IMG/VR virus record: IMGVR_UViG_3300045995_000154
Reading direction: 5' to 3' (one strand)
Source: an uncultured virus (IMG/VR IMGVR_UViG_3300045995_000154)
Taxonomy: Duplodnaviria > Heunggongvirae > Uroviricota > Caudoviricetes
DNA: 64,000 nucleotides
Each line of letters starts with the position of its first letter. Position 1 is the stretch's first letter. Positions 43,986 through 55,320 of this stretch are shown piece after piece. The notes beneath the pieces are model-generated. The model did not search any database. It was given only the letters and a program-made list of their open reading frames with translations, and was not told where the DNA came from. A program made the position numbers and the translations under genes.

Positions 43986-45842
43986 TTATTCCTTGAGTTT
44001 AGTGGTCTCTACCACAATGCGTTGAGCGCAACGGCCCAAGCCTACGACAGTCTTACTGCCCCAAGACGTATTATAACGCCCATCTTTGTTCTTTGTCAAG
44101 CACAGCATTTCGATAATCTGTTCGCCCACTTTGCGGGCTTGCTGTTCAGACAGCATTTCATAAACTTGCATTATTTGGTCACTCCCATCAAACGGCTTTG
44201 CAGCCCTTTAGCTGCCTGCTTTGCGTTAGTGTAAGCATAGTCGTCAGACATGCTGTTATAACGGAGCACTGCAAAAACCCACACACCGTCGTCGCCAAGT
44301 TGGTCAACAAAGACGTCGTAAGCATTGTCCATAGGATTGCCTTCATAGCGCACACGGACATTGGAGCCGTAATTTTCAATTCGTGCCATGTTAGCCTTCC
44401 ACTTTCAGCCACTTACCGTTTTCTTGCTTGACGTACTTCTGTCCGAAGCCAAGGCCCAGCTTGCCGGTGCCGTACACCTTAAAGGATTCTTCCGTCATGT
44501 TAGCCCACGGGCCCATGCGGGTTGCGCCGTCGATCATCACATCCTTGTAAGGCATGTCAAAATCGTCTTTCTCACCAAGCGAGCCCAACCAATACTTTGC
44601 CATTACACTGCTCCAAAAAAGCCGCCTTCATAAAGCAGCCAAAAATCTAATACGGCTGCACTAAGCTGCCATCCGAAACTGTAACTCTCATCGCGCGATT
44701 GTCCGTTACGTGCCAAGTGAATGCCGAGCCCAATGGCGTTGATGACGATCAGTGTAATTTGAGGCCAATGTAAAATCATTTTTAGTCCATGTTAACCGGG
44801 CTGCGATCGCCGCGGTTCTTTTTGCTGTTCATCACTTCTGCGTACCACTTGATGTGGTTCAGCTCGTCCCGGGTCAGCCAGGACTTGCCATGTTTGGAAA
44901 CGCCAGAGCCACCGTTTTGTTTGTGGCCGCTATATTTTGGGGATCGCATTACATGCTCCAGTAAGTTTCAGAGGACACATCGCAGCACAGCGGAGTGTTC
45001 ACGCTTTGCACTACAGGCTTGCCGCTCATCAAGTTGATAACAGTTTCTTTCTTTTCAATGCGAGCAAATTCGCATTCTTCCATAACTGCGTGGTTGTTCA
45101 GTTCCAGCTTGCCAGCTTTGGAGAGGCGAGTAGCACAAGCCTTAGCAGCGCCTTCAGTTGCAAACTTGGCATCTTGCCAGTAACCGCTGCGCAGGATACG
45201 GACAATCTTGGTGGACTCTACATGGAACAGTACAAACATTTTCAACTCCGTTAACTACTTACTAAGCCACTATTGTACAATAAAACCATTTAATGGTCAA
45301 ATCAATTTGCTTCGTTGCCAATTGCTGCAAAGTGTTCCCAAGCAACAAAGTAGCCGTCGTACACCACGTCGTACTCGTTATTGTCGCCACCGTTGCCAGT
45401 GCCAGGCTTTACTGGGGTAACTTTCTTAATGTGGGGCTTAACTTGATCCCGCATAGTGAGGATATGGACCCAACTGTCGCTGAGTTTAGCTGTGAACATT
45501 ACACGAGTGTATTGATCCAAAACTTTAACTTCTATGTCCATAACCGCTCCTAATTGCTAAGTCATAATTCTACATTAAACCGAATATTCAGTCAAATCAA
45601 AGTAGCAAGGCAAACGTTAACCACTGCTCCAACTCACTATATTGCTCATTGAACCGTGTATCTAATGCTACAAAAGCAGCGGTTGGCCTGTGAATTCTGC
45701 GGCATTCTACTGCTGCCACGCTTAGATTAGCGGCCAAAGCCCGCATGTTCCTATGCAGTTTCAGCATATCGTTGCGTGTGGACCAATTTTTTACGTTGAG
45801 AATTAGCGGGGCTATTGAGTCTAGGCGAGCAGTGTAATCCAT
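43986..45842 (-). CDS. Cluster of small early ORFs (43986-44171, 44171-44389, 44391-44603, 44603-44779, 44782-44949, 44949-45245, 45302-45541, 45597-45842)
   Basis: Coupled ORFs with GGAG RBS and sigma70 promoters near 45272-45300, 45567-45595 and 45850-45877. Confidence 0.7.
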
Positions 45843-45909
45843 TTAGCCAGTCTACATTAAGGTGATTTACTCGTCAATATTTACGCTAAATACACAAACG
45901 GAGACTCTG

Positions 45910-47022
45910 ATGGCGAAATTGTCAATGTGGCGTGAAGGCACCCACAGTAAAGATTACAAATTTTTGGATCGTATTGTAAGCGAGCAATACACAGTTGGTG
46001 GCACGGGCGTCTTACTCCACAAGTACCTTGGACCAGTGCAGCAAACAGGCTCCACCAACGCAACAATTCCTGACTACATTAACCAATCAGAGAAAAACAT
46101 CCAGGACATTTTGTTCCTGGAAAATCGTGACCGCAAGTACGATACATCCGTGTATGTGATGCGTGGGCATTACACGGTGGCTGACACAAGCTTTGACCTT
46201 TCGCAGTTTGGATTGTTCCTGCAGACTGGTACACTGTTTATGACATTCCACATTAACGACATGGTTGCACTGCTTGGTCGTAAGATCATGAACGGCGACG
46301 TAATGGAATTGCCCCACTTAAAAGACTTTAATAGCTTAGATACGAATACACCTGTTGCGATAAAGCGTTTCTTTGTTTGCTCTGACGCACAGTTTGCGAG
46401 CGAGGGCTTTAGCCCAACTTGGTTCCCGCATAGCTGGCGTGTGAAGATCAACCCAATGACTGACTCGCAAGAGTTCAAGGATATTTTGCAAAACACAATG
46501 GCAGGCGATCCAGGAGATCCTGGCGATACTACACCTATAGGGCAGATTTTGTCTACATTAGACTTGTACCAAGGCATCAACGAAGCTATCATTACCCAAG
46601 CAGAACACGATGTTGGTCGCTCTGGATACGATACGTCTGGCTTGTATATCAAGACGCACTCTAAGCCAAACGAAGTACAAGAGACTCCTGCAGACAAAGT
46701 GCACGGTTACTTGACAGGTGATGCACTTCCGCCAAATGCTACTACAGTTGACGCTGGCATTACATTCCCTGGCGCACCAGTTACTGGTGCGTACTACTTG
46801 CGTTTAGACTACGTTCCTAATCGTTTATTCCGATATGACGGCAAGCGTTGGGTTAAGATTGAGGATGCCGTACGTACTAACTTGAACAATGGTGCAACTG
46901 ATAACTTGACGTTGCGCAACAGTTTCGTCAAGGACACAAGCACTGTTCCAACGTCGCAAGGCCCTAAACCTACACTACAAAGTCTCAACTCTATCTTACG
47001 ACCAAAAGCGGATAATCAATAA
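45910..47022 (+). CDS. Neck/head-closure protein (gp14-like)
   Basis: LSQFGLF..GDVMELPH; precedes gp15-like gene; TAAATA upstream. Confidence 0.65.
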   Translation: MAKLSMWREGTHSKDYKFLDRIVSEQYTVGGTGVLLHKYLGPVQQTGSTNATIPDYINQSEKNIQDILFLENRDRKYDTSVYVMRGHYTVADTSFDLSQFGLFLQTGTLFMTFHINDMVALLGRKIMNGDVMELPHLKDFNSLDTNTPVAIKRFFVCSDAQFASEGFSPTWFPHSWRVKINPMTDSQEFKDILQNTMAGDPGDPGDTTPIGQILSTLDLYQGINEAIITQAEHDVGRSGYDTSGLYIKTHSKPNEVQETPADKVHGYLTGDALPPNATTVDAGITFPGAPVTGAYYLRLDYVPNRLFRYDGKRWVKIEDAVRTNLNNGATDNLTLRNSFVKDTSTVPTSQGPKPTLQSLNSILRPKADNQ

Positions 47023-48413
47023 TGGCAATTCAAACACAAGCATTTTTTTACAGCGGGCAGATTCGCCGCTTCTTGGGCCAACTTATCCGTATGATGTCTG
47101 GGTTCCAGGTAGAGTTTGGCAAGGACCGCAACGGTGTGATTGGTTACCAAACTGTGCCTGTATTTTACGGTGACCCAAGCAGACAAGCTGCAACTATTTT
47201 GAAGAACAATTCAGAAAGCATGTTAAGCACCGTGCCTGCAATGGCAATCTACATTACAGGTATGCGGTACGATCAAAATCGTATGCAAGAGCCGTACCAT
47301 GTATCTAAGATGAACATTCGCCAAAAGAGCTATGATCCTGTGACTGGTGAATATGGCTCAACGCAAGACGCTGCTTACACGGTAGAGCGTTTGATGCCTG
47401 TTCCATATACTGTTACGTTTAAGCTTGACATGTGGACGTCTAACATGGAACAGAAGCTACAGCTATTTGAGCAGTTGGGCGTATTGTTTAACCCAAGTAT
47501 GGAAATTCAAAACACAGACAACTACATTGACTGGACTTCCCTTACTGTTGTTAATCGTACTGACATTCAGTGGACTGGACGAAGTGTGCCGGCAGGGAAT
47601 GATGACTCGCAAATTGACATTATGACATGGACTTTTGAAATCCCTATATGGATAACAGGCCCTGCTAAGGTTAAACAGTTGGGCGTGGTACAAAAGATTA
47701 TCACATCTGTGTTTGACGAGACTGGTGCATTGTCGCAAGATGCGATGATGGAAGGTAACTTAATGATGCGCCGTATGCTTACTCCGTTAGGCTATGGTGT
47801 CGTGTACTCTGGTAATACCCTTACCTTGTACAAGCAAGGCGACATTGTTACTGCTGATGGCAATAAGATAGGCTCCCCTGATCATTGGCAACCGTTAATT
47901 GATGTATACGGTAAAATGGTTGACGGCGTATCACAAGCAAGAATGCAACTGTATGCTGGCTTTGACGAGGTTAGCGCAGAGACGACTTACGTTGAAGTTA
48001 TTGGTACAATAGCATTGAATCCAGCTGATAGTACACAACTTATTTTTAATCCTGATATTGATACTTTACCAGCTAATACGTTAGGCCCCATAGCTGCTAT
48101 CATTGACCCAACCAAAGTGGCTGTTGATGCAGCAATGCTGAGCCCTACTGTAGGTACCCGCTACCTTATTCTTGGGGACATAGGTGCAGAAGGAAGCAGC
48201 TCACAAATTTGGGGACCGTTGGTTGCCAAAGCAAATGACATTATTCAATATTCTATGACGGGGTGGACGATTGCGTTAAATAGTAGTACACACAATACTG
48301 TAGAGTACGTAACTAACCTTAAGACTTCCGTGCAGTATAAGTGGCTCAATGGGCAGTGGTCCAAGGCCGTAGAAGGCTTGTACCGCGAAGGTGAATGGTC
48401 AATAATACTGTAA
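47022..48413 (+). CDS. gp15: Tail sheath stabiliser/terminator (gp15-like)
   Basis: FFY..QIRRF, VPVFYG, YD..R, PVPY..QLFEQL..LFNP. Confidence 0.85.
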   Translation: MAIQTQAFFYSGQIRRFLGQLIRMMSGFQVEFGKDRNGVIGYQTVPVFYGDPSRQAATILKNNSESMLSTVPAMAIYITGMRYDQNRMQEPYHVSKMNIRQKSYDPVTGEYGSTQDAAYTVERLMPVPYTVTFKLDMWTSNMEQKLQLFEQLGVLFNPSMEIQNTDNYIDWTSLTVVNRTDIQWTGRSVPAGNDDSQIDIMTWTFEIPIWITGPAKVKQLGVVQKIITSVFDETGALSQDAMMEGNLMMRRMLTPLGYGVVYSGNTLTLYKQGDIVTADGNKIGSPDHWQPLIDVYGKMVDGVSQARMQLYAGFDEVSAETTYVEVIGTIALNPADSTQLIFNPDIDTLPANTLGPIAAIIDPTKVAVDAAMLSPTVGTRYLILGDIGAEGSSSQIWGPLVAKANDIIQYSMTGWTIALNSSTHNTVEYVTNLKTSVQYKWLNGQWSKAVEGLYREGEWSIIL

Positions 48414-48829
48414 AAATTACTGTCGGAGTAGGTGCACTAATCTACTCGCAATCAACTAAGCGTTATCTATTTTTGCTCCGCAATGGGGCAAAGCATGGTG
48501 GTGAGTGGGGACTTGTGGGCGGTAAGATTGACGCTGGTGAAATTCCTATACAAGCCCTTAAGCGTGAGATCAGTGAGGAGATTGGTACTGTTACTTACGA
48601 GAAAATTATCCCGCTAGAGCTGTTCACTTCCGACAATGCACGGTTTGAGTATCACACATATATCATACCAGTTGATGAAGAATTCATCCCTACACTTAAC
48701 CATGAACACAGAGGATATGCCTGGACGCACATAGAAGATCACCCCAGGCCGTTACATCCTGGGGTGTGGAGAAGTTTCAATTTTGATAGCGTATTAAAGA
48801 AAATACGCACTGTAGAGCATATTTTATAG
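48395..48829 (+). CDS. NUDIX hydrolase
   Basis: GGKIDAGE....ALKREISEEIG. Confidence 0.92.
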   Translation: MVNNTVKITVGVGALIYSQSTKRYLFLLRNGAKHGGEWGLVGGKIDAGEIPIQALKREISEEIGTVTYEKIIPLELFTSDNARFEYHTYIIPVDEEFIPTLNHEHRGYAWTHIEDHPRPLHPGVWRSFNFDSVLKKIRTVEHIL

Positions 48830-49561
48830 GTCTACTTCTAACGACATTTCGTGGAATGTGATCTGACGAACGTTAGGCATGTACTTCCAAGCTTCAGGCA
48901 TACGGAATGTATCAGTAGGCATAACGCGGATAAATTCCACATCATCATATGTCTGAAATACTTTGACCATGGCCTTAGTCATAAACTCTTCGTTATATCC
49001 GTGTGTTGGGTCAATATAGCCATGTGTGCCTTGATACAAGCAATATCCAGAATTTGCAGAGTCAACTCCGTCAAAACCTAGCATGTAAACTTGTTTGTGT
49101 CCGTCAAAGCAAGCCAAGTACGTCGCAGTAGTACCTGCATTCCATGATGGGTCTTGTGGGATCAAGTAGAACTTACCTGGATGGTCCTGCAACTCGCTTG
49201 CGCTTGCGTAAGTAATGTGCTGACTTGGATAATGAGTAGCTGCGATTTCCTTAACAAACTCAGGGCCATTGGCCACTAAGAAGTGGGGAGCAAAATCGCG
49301 ATACAATGCGTTGCAACCGTAGGATTGTAAAGCACCAGCAGCTAATAGGCCACCCTTGTGATTTTTAATCAAGCTAAGATCGAAACCTTTGCGAGACCAA
49401 CCGTTACCGATTACGATAGCCTTATCACTGATGTGATTATTTGTAATAACATTGGGGATATTTTCTCTAATAGCTTGCCATCTGCCATCTAAGTACGTTA
49501 ACTCGGAAGTAACATCTTCACCAGTGTAAGTAGAACGATACAGTTTTTTAATTTCGCGCAT
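48824..49561 (-). CDS. Hypothetical protein (GNG.SR, GCNA.YRDF, MLGFD; MAF/glycosyltransferase-like fold possible)
   Basis: Motifs read in translation. Confidence 0.7.
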   Translation of the reverse strand: MREIKKLYRSTYTGEDVTSELTYLDGRWQAIRENIPNVITNNHISDKAIVIGNGWSRKGFDLSLIKNHKGGLLAAGALQSYGCNALYRDFAPHFLVANGPEFVKEIAATHYPSQHITYASASELQDHPGKFYLIPQDPSWNAGTTATYLACFDGHKQVYMLGFDGVDSANSGYCLYQGTHGYIDPTHGYNEEFMTKAMVKVFQTYDDVEFIRVMPTDTFRMPEAWKYMPNVRQITFHEMSLEVDL

Positions 49562-49692
49562 AAGTTTTCAACCTTTATATTAGTTATTTATAGGATTCTC
49601 GTGGGCCCAAACACTGGCACTTTATTCAAAGTTTGCTTGCCCTATCTGTATTTAACGAAAATAGCTAAATATTGCAATACAGTAGGTAAAAT

Positions 49693-50379
49693 ATGGCATT
49701 AACACGAGTCAGAGAGAATCAGATCAACACTGTCAAGTTTGGATTCGCTGATCCATTGATTCCTATGAATGACGTACAGACTGGTACGAATACCTCTGAC
49801 ATTGGTCTTATCTTAAACCGTGGCGATGCCGCTAACATAGGTATTTACTGGGACGAGACCAACAAAGTATTTAGGGTTGCGTTTACTAACACTAACGCAG
49901 ATTCCGCCAACACAGTAAACGTGCTCGGTAATGCTCCGGTTCTTACTGGTAATCAAACTATTAGCACTGGTAACTTCCAAGTACACAATGACGCTAAGGC
50001 GGGTGTCTATATAATGCGCAATACTACCACTGGTATAGCAAGTACGCAGCTATATATGGATGGCGCAATGACGCAACTAGTTGTAGGCAACAACTCAGTC
50101 TGGTCTTATGAGGTACTGGTAACTGCTAAACGCACCGACGAAGGTGGTCATGGTGCTGCGTTTAAAATCGTTGGTGCAGTAGGAAAAGATGCTACATCAG
50201 CCAGTATTTTTATGATAGGAACTCCGTCAATCACTACGATTGGTAGGACAAATGAAATTTGGACCGCGTCGACAGGGGTAGATGCCTCGACTGGTGCGCT
50301 AACCGTAAATGTATCTGGGTCGTTGGGTAATACCGTCGCTTGGGTCGCAAAAATAGTAACTACAGAAGTAGTTTATTAA
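49693..50379 (+). CDS. Fibre-associated structural protein
   Basis: Late promoter; C-terminal domain paralogous to next ORF. Confidence 0.7.
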   Translation: MALTRVRENQINTVKFGFADPLIPMNDVQTGTNTSDIGLILNRGDAANIGIYWDETNKVFRVAFTNTNADSANTVNVLGNAPVLTGNQTISTGNFQVHNDAKAGVYIMRNTTTGIASTQLYMDGAMTQLVVGNNSVWSYEVLVTAKRTDEGGHGAAFKIVGAVGKDATSASIFMIGTPSITTIGRTNEIWTASTGVDASTGALTVNVSGSLGNTVAWVAKIVTTEVVY

Positions 50380-50402
50380 CCCCACAAAAGGAAAAAAATA
50401 AA

Positions 50403-53400
50403 ATGGATTTCAATTTTGATGCAAACAGTATTAGCTCGGTCTCTACCATTGACCCAGCTGGTTCGACAGTAACAATCTCTGGTACAGGTGCGTTAATCGT
50501 TCCCGTTGGTACGACAGCGCAAGCGCCAACAGTTACGGCTGGTGCATTACGTTTTAACACTGACACATCGTTCGTTGATTTCTACAACGGCGCAAGCTGG
50601 AAAGCTGTTCAGATCCAGTCTACGCCGTTAACTAACATCTCTTCCTTAACTGGCGCGGGAATGATCTCGCAGACTTCTACTGGTAACTATGCTGTACGTA
50701 CTATTGCTGGTGTAGCAGGTCAAGTTGTCGTCGTAAACGGTGACGGTGTTGCAGGTTCTCCTATTGTTGGTTTAGCGACTGCTGGCACTGCTGGTACATA
50801 CGTTTCCGTTACTACTGATGCTTACGGTCGTATTACTTCTGGGTTGACTACGCAAGCTTGGTCCTCTATCACTAGCACACCAACTACAGTTGCTGGCTAC
50901 GGTATTACTAATGCTGTTACCAATGCGGGTTCTGCTGTGTCTATTGCTGCTGGTACATTTGCTACACGCCCTGTTGCTGGTACTGCTGGTCGTTTCTATT
51001 ACTCTACAGACACAAATGCAATGTACTATGACAATGGTGCATCTTGGTTATTGGAATCCCCTGCGTTAACTGGCGACGTTACGACTACTGCCGGTAGCAG
51101 TGCAACTACATTAGCATCAAGCGGTGTTACTGCTGGTGTTTATGGTTCTGCTTCCCAATATGCTACATTCACCGTAGACGCTAAAGGCCGTATTACTACT
51201 GCCGCTAACGTTGCTGTTCCTTCCGCTTCTATCAGCGTAACAGGCGGTGATTTAACTATGTCTGGTTCCACAGGCACAGCAATTACTAATGCTACATTGG
51301 CAACGACTGCTGTTACAGCTGGCGTTTACGGTGATACTTTAAGTGTACCACAATTTACAGTTGACACTAAAGGCCGTATTACTACTGCCGCTAACGTAAC
51401 AATCGCTAATAGTTTAACATACACTGGTGACGTAACTGGTTCTGGTATTGTTGGTGGTTCCGTAGCGTTAACCTTGGCTAACACTGCTGTTTCAGCTGGT
51501 GTTTACGGTTCTGCTGGTTCTGTTGCGCAAGTAACATTTGACTCCAAAGGTCGTGCTACATCTGCTGCTAACGTAGCTATTACTCCTGCTGCAATTGGCG
51601 CGGTTGCTACATCCGCACTAGGCGCAAACAACGGTGTTGCTACATTGGACGGTACTGGTAAGTTAACAACCACACAAATTCCTACAGCATTGGTTGGCGC
51701 TTTAGTTTACCAAGGTACATGGAATGCTACTACAAATACTCCTACTCTAGTTTCCGGTACAGGCACAAAGGGCCAATACTACAAAGTAAGCGTAGCTGGT
51801 ACAACGACAATCGACGGCTACAATAAGTGGACTGTTGGTGACTTGATCATTTACAATGGCACAACCTGGGACGCCATTGACGGCTTAACTACTGAAGTTA
51901 ACTCCGTATTCGGGCGTGTTGGTGCTGTTACGGCTACATTAGCTTCTGCAGACTTTGCTAACCAAGGTACTACAGTTACAGTATTACACGGTAATGCTGC
52001 TGGCAACCCATCGTGGGGCGCTATCAACTTAGCAACTGATGTTTCTGGCGTATTGCCTTTGACTGCAACCGGTGCAATGACTGGCGACGTCACTAAACCA
52101 TCCGCTTCCGCTGCGGCTACATTGGCTGCATCTGGTGTTACTGCTGGCATATATGGTTCCGCTACGCAAGTTGCGCAAGTAACTTTTGATGCTAAAGGTC
52201 GTGCTACATTAGCTGCTAACGTAGCTATCCCTAACACTGTTGCATTGACAGGTGATGTCACTGCCACTGGCACAACTGCTGGTTCAGTTGCTGCTACTTT
52301 ATCCAACACCGCGGTTACAGCTGGTGTTTACGGTTCTGCTACGAGCGTTCCAACTTTCACAGTTGATTCCAAAGGCCGCTTAACTGCCGCAGCTAACGTT
52401 GCTATCGCTTCGTCTATCTCTGTAACTGGCGGTGACTTAACATTGTCTGGTACAGTTGGTACAGCTATCACTAACGCTACATTGGCGGCTACTGCGGTAA
52501 CTGCTGGTTCTTACGGTGCTGCTGGTTCTGTAGCTACATTTACTGTTGATGGCAAAGGTCGTTTAACTGCTGCCGCTAACGTAGCTATCCCTAACACTGT
52601 TGCATTGACTGGCGACATTACTGCTACTGGTACTACATCGGGCTCCGTTGCTGCTACATTGGCAGCAAGCGGCGTTACTGCTGGTGTTTATGGTGACGCA
52701 ACTCACGTTGCCCAAGTAACTGTAGACAGTAAAGGTCGTGTTACTTTAGGTGCCAACGTTGCTATTACTGCTTCTGGTACAGGCGCTGTTGCTAATGCTG
52801 GCGGTGCACCAAGCTTGGCTGTTGGTACATTTGCTGCTTTACCGGCTGCTGGTACTGCTGGTCGCTTATACGTTACAAACGACACAAACGTTGTTTATCG
52901 TGATTCCGGCGCTGCTTGGGTTGCTGTTGGCAAGGCACCGATTCTATACACAGAAAACGTTAGTGCTCCTGCTGCTAACACTGTAACTGGTGTCAACGCT
53001 GTTGCAATCGGATCTGGCAATACTGCTGGCGGTGCGCAATCTTTGGCAACTGGTTTGGAAGCTTCTACTCCAAATTCCGGCGGTGAAGTTAGAGCGAATG
53101 GTAGCTTTTCTGCTGCGGGTGATGCACAGACAGGTAAATATGTATTACGTGCAATCACAACAAACGCTACAGTGACAGAAGTATTTACAGACGGTACAAG
53201 CGGAAGACTTGTCATGCCAAATAACAGTGCATGGGCTTACACCGCTCAAATCGTTGGCCGTAGAACTGACACAACTGGCAGCATCGCTGGATTTGAAATA
53301 CGTGGTGTTATTAAGCGTGATGCAAACGCGGCTGCTACCTCTCAAGTTGGTACACGTTCTAAGACAACGTTGACTAAGCCAGGTGGTTGGGATGCTGAAG

Positions 53401-53507
53401 TTTTTGCTGATGCTACCAATGGTGCTTTAACATTTAAGGTTACTGGTGCTGCTGGTGCTACAGTTCGTTGGGTGTGCACAGTGACAACTTCGGAAGTTAC
53501 TAACTAA
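50403..53507 (+). CDS. Tail/head fibre protein with VTAGxYG..TVDxKGRxTxA repeats
   Basis: Seven clear repeat units (plus one degenerate), Gly/Thr/Ala-rich. Confidence 0.85.
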   Translation: MDFNFDANSISSVSTIDPAGSTVTISGTGALIVPVGTTAQAPTVTAGALRFNTDTSFVDFYNGASWKAVQIQSTPLTNISSLTGAGMISQTSTGNYAVRTIAGVAGQVVVVNGDGVAGSPIVGLATAGTAGTYVSVTTDAYGRITSGLTTQAWSSITSTPTTVAGYGITNAVTNAGSAVSIAAGTFATRPVAGTAGRFYYSTDTNAMYYDNGASWLLESPALTGDVTTTAGSSATTLASSGVTAGVYGSASQYATFTVDAKGRITTAANVAVPSASISVTGGDLTMSGSTGTAITNATLATTAVTAGVYGDTLSVPQFTVDTKGRITTAANVTIANSLTYTGDVTGSGIVGGSVALTLANTAVSAGVYGSAGSVAQVTFDSKGRATSAANVAITPAAIGAVATSALGANNGVATLDGTGKLTTTQIPTALVGALVYQGTWNATTNTPTLVSGTGTKGQYYKVSVAGTTTIDGYNKWTVGDLIIYNGTTWDAIDGLTTEVNSVFGRVGAVTATLASADFANQGTTVTVLHGNAAGNPSWGAINLATDVSGVLPLTATGAMTGDVTKPSASAAATLAASGVTAGIYGSATQVAQVTFDAKGRATLAANVAIPNTVALTGDVTATGTTAGSVAATLSNTAVTAGVYGSATSVPTFTVDSKGRLTAAANVAIASSISVTGGDLTLSGTVGTAITNATLAATAVTAGSYGAAGSVATFTVDGKGRLTAAANVAIPNTVALTGDITATGTTSGSVAATLAASGVTAGVYGDATHVAQVTVDSKGRVTLGANVAITASGTGAVANAGGAPSLAVGTFAALPAAGTAGRLYVTNDTNVVYRDSGAAWVAVGKAPILYTENVSAPAANTVTGVNAVAIGSGNTAGGAQSLATGLEASTPNSGGEVRANGSFSAAGDAQTGKYVLRAITTNATVTEVFTDGTSGRLVMPNNSAWAYTAQIVGRRTDTTGSIAGFEIRGVIKRDANAAATSQVGTRSKTTLTKPGGWDAEVFADATNGALTFKVTGAAGATVRWVCTVTTSEVTN

Positions 53508-53522
53508 TAATGTAGGTTATAC

Positions 53523-54221
53523 ATGGAATTCAATTTCGATACAGGTACTATATCAGGACTAGCAGAAGTTATCACACCCGCAAATGCGTTTACGATAACT
53601 ACTAGCGGAGCGACCGGTGACGGCGCGATGGTCCTGCCTTCTGGTACCACTGCTCAAAGGCCAACTACTCCAGCTATTGGATCAATGCGGCTTAACACAG
53701 ATACTAACGATACTGAGTTCTGGGATGGCACTGTGTGGACTGCTAGTGGTGCTACCGGAAGTGGAAGTACCACTGGCAGCGTAATTGCATTTTATACTGG
53801 GGAAACAAGTGGAATGTCTGGTACAGGAACTATTCCGTATGACAATACTACACCGCAGTCAACCGAAGGTACTCAAATTTGGACTAAAACTGTGACTCCT
53901 GCTTCCGCTAATTCAAAATTTGTGATAACTCAATCATTCATGGTCGATTCTGCAACGAGTAGCAAAAATATAACTTTTGCATTATTTAGAGGTACTACTT
54001 GTATCTATGCAACAAGTACATATATTGCAACTTCTGGAAAATTACTGAATGCTGCTATTCATTGTGTCGACAAACCTAACACTACCGCAAATACAACTTA
54101 CTCATTACGAGTAGGGATAAATTCTTCTACAACGTGGTACATAAATCAAAGTGTATCAGTTCCAGTCACATACGGTGGCACAGTCAACAAGTCCGATTGG
54201 ACTATAACGGAAATCAATTAA
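53523..54221 (+). CDS. Short fibre/tip protein
   Basis: LPSGTTAQRP..RLNTD..EFWDG..W motif shared with other fibres. Confidence 0.75.
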   Translation: MEFNFDTGTISGLAEVITPANAFTITTSGATGDGAMVLPSGTTAQRPTTPAIGSMRLNTDTNDTEFWDGTVWTASGATGSGSTTGSVIAFYTGETSGMSGTGTIPYDNTTPQSTEGTQIWTKTVTPASANSKFVITQSFMVDSATSSKNITFALFRGTTCIYATSTYIATSGKLLNAAIHCVDKPNTTANTTYSLRVGINSSTTWYINQSVSVPVTYGGTVNKSDWTITEIN

Positions 54222-54222
54222 C

Positions 54223-54648
54223 ATGGCATATACATATATACAAGCAATAGGCATAGGATTCCCAGGCGTACATTGTCACGCACACGGAGACGGATCAATA
54301 TACTCTGATATCATTTGGGACTCAGGCGCAGCGTTACCTAGTCAAACTACGTTAGAGCAATGGATTGCTGCTAACCCTGTGGCAACGGTCGTGTCTGTTA
54401 CTAAGTACGAATTTAGAAAGTTATTCACGTTGCCAGAGCGTATGGCAGTCGACTCTGCTCCCACTAACACTGCTATACCAGCAAACTATAGAGCTATGCT
54501 TTATACGTTCATGAAAGATTTAGAGCTAAGTCAAGAAGTACAATTAACTAACACAGACGTGATTCAAGGTGTTGGATTTTTGGAACAACTAGGATTACTT
54601 GCTCCAGGACGAGCCGCGACGATACTGTCCAATACACCACATGCTTAA
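54223..54648 (+). CDS. Fibre assembly-type protein (paralogue 1)
   Basis: Near-identical layout to 54877-55302. Confidence 0.7.
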   Translation: MAYTYIQAIGIGFPGVHCHAHGDGSIYSDIIWDSGAALPSQTTLEQWIAANPVATVVSVTKYEFRKLFTLPERMAVDSAPTNTAIPANYRAMLYTFMKDLELSQEVQLTNTDVIQGVGFLEQLGLLAPGRAATILSNTPHA

Positions 54649-54657
54649 GGATTTGAC

Positions 54658-54867
54658 ATGGTAAAAACAATGCATTTAATATATGAGACTACGAAGGCAG
54701 CCGTTAAACTAAACGACGTAGTCCAATCAGAAACACTAGGGCAAGTCACAGTTACCAACGTACATGCACCACGCAAAAAACACGGACATGGTCGCGTTAC
54801 ATTAACCCTAGCAGACGGAACACACGGAGATTACTCCCCTTCCGCTATACACGCAATTTGGATTTAA
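54658..54867 (+). CDS. Hypothetical protein
   Basis: AAGGA RBS. Confidence 0.6.
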   Translation: MVKTMHLIYETTKAAVKLNDVVQSETLGQVTVTNVHAPRKKHGHGRVTLTLADGTHGDYSPSAIHAIWI

Positions 54868-54876
54868 GGATTTATC

Positions 54877-55302
54877 ATGGCACTATCTTATTTAGATGCA
54901 GTTACACAAGGTTTCCCAGCGGTACAAGCGCATTGTGAAAGTAGTCCGTTCGTATACGACAATATCATTTGGTCGGGCGGCGACGCTCTTCCATCACAAG
55001 ACGATTTGGATGCATGGATTGCTGCTGAAAACATTGTTTTGTCTAACTCTGTTACCAAGTATCAGTTTAGACAACTATTCACTGTCAATGAGCGTATAGC
55101 AATTGACAATGCAGGAGCAAACACTGCTATCCCCGCAAACTATCGCGCCATGTTAGTAACTATCATGAAGGACTTAGAGTTGTCCCAAACTGTAATACTG
55201 AACAACCCTGCGGTATCGCAAGGTGTTCACTTCTTAGAAACGTTAGGATTAATAGGCGCTGGTAGGGCCGCAAGAATCCTATCAAATCAACCACCACTAT
55301 AA
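54877..55302 (+). CDS. Fibre assembly-type protein (paralogue 2)
   Basis: Shares NTAIPANYRAML..MKDLELSQ with paralogue 1. Confidence 0.7.
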   Translation: MALSYLDAVTQGFPAVQAHCESSPFVYDNIIWSGGDALPSQDDLDAWIAAENIVLSNSVTKYQFRQLFTVNERIAIDNAGANTAIPANYRAMLVTIMKDLELSQTVILNNPAVSQGVHFLETLGLIGAGRAARILSNQPPL

Positions 55303-55320
55303 CTTTAAAAGGAGACTAAA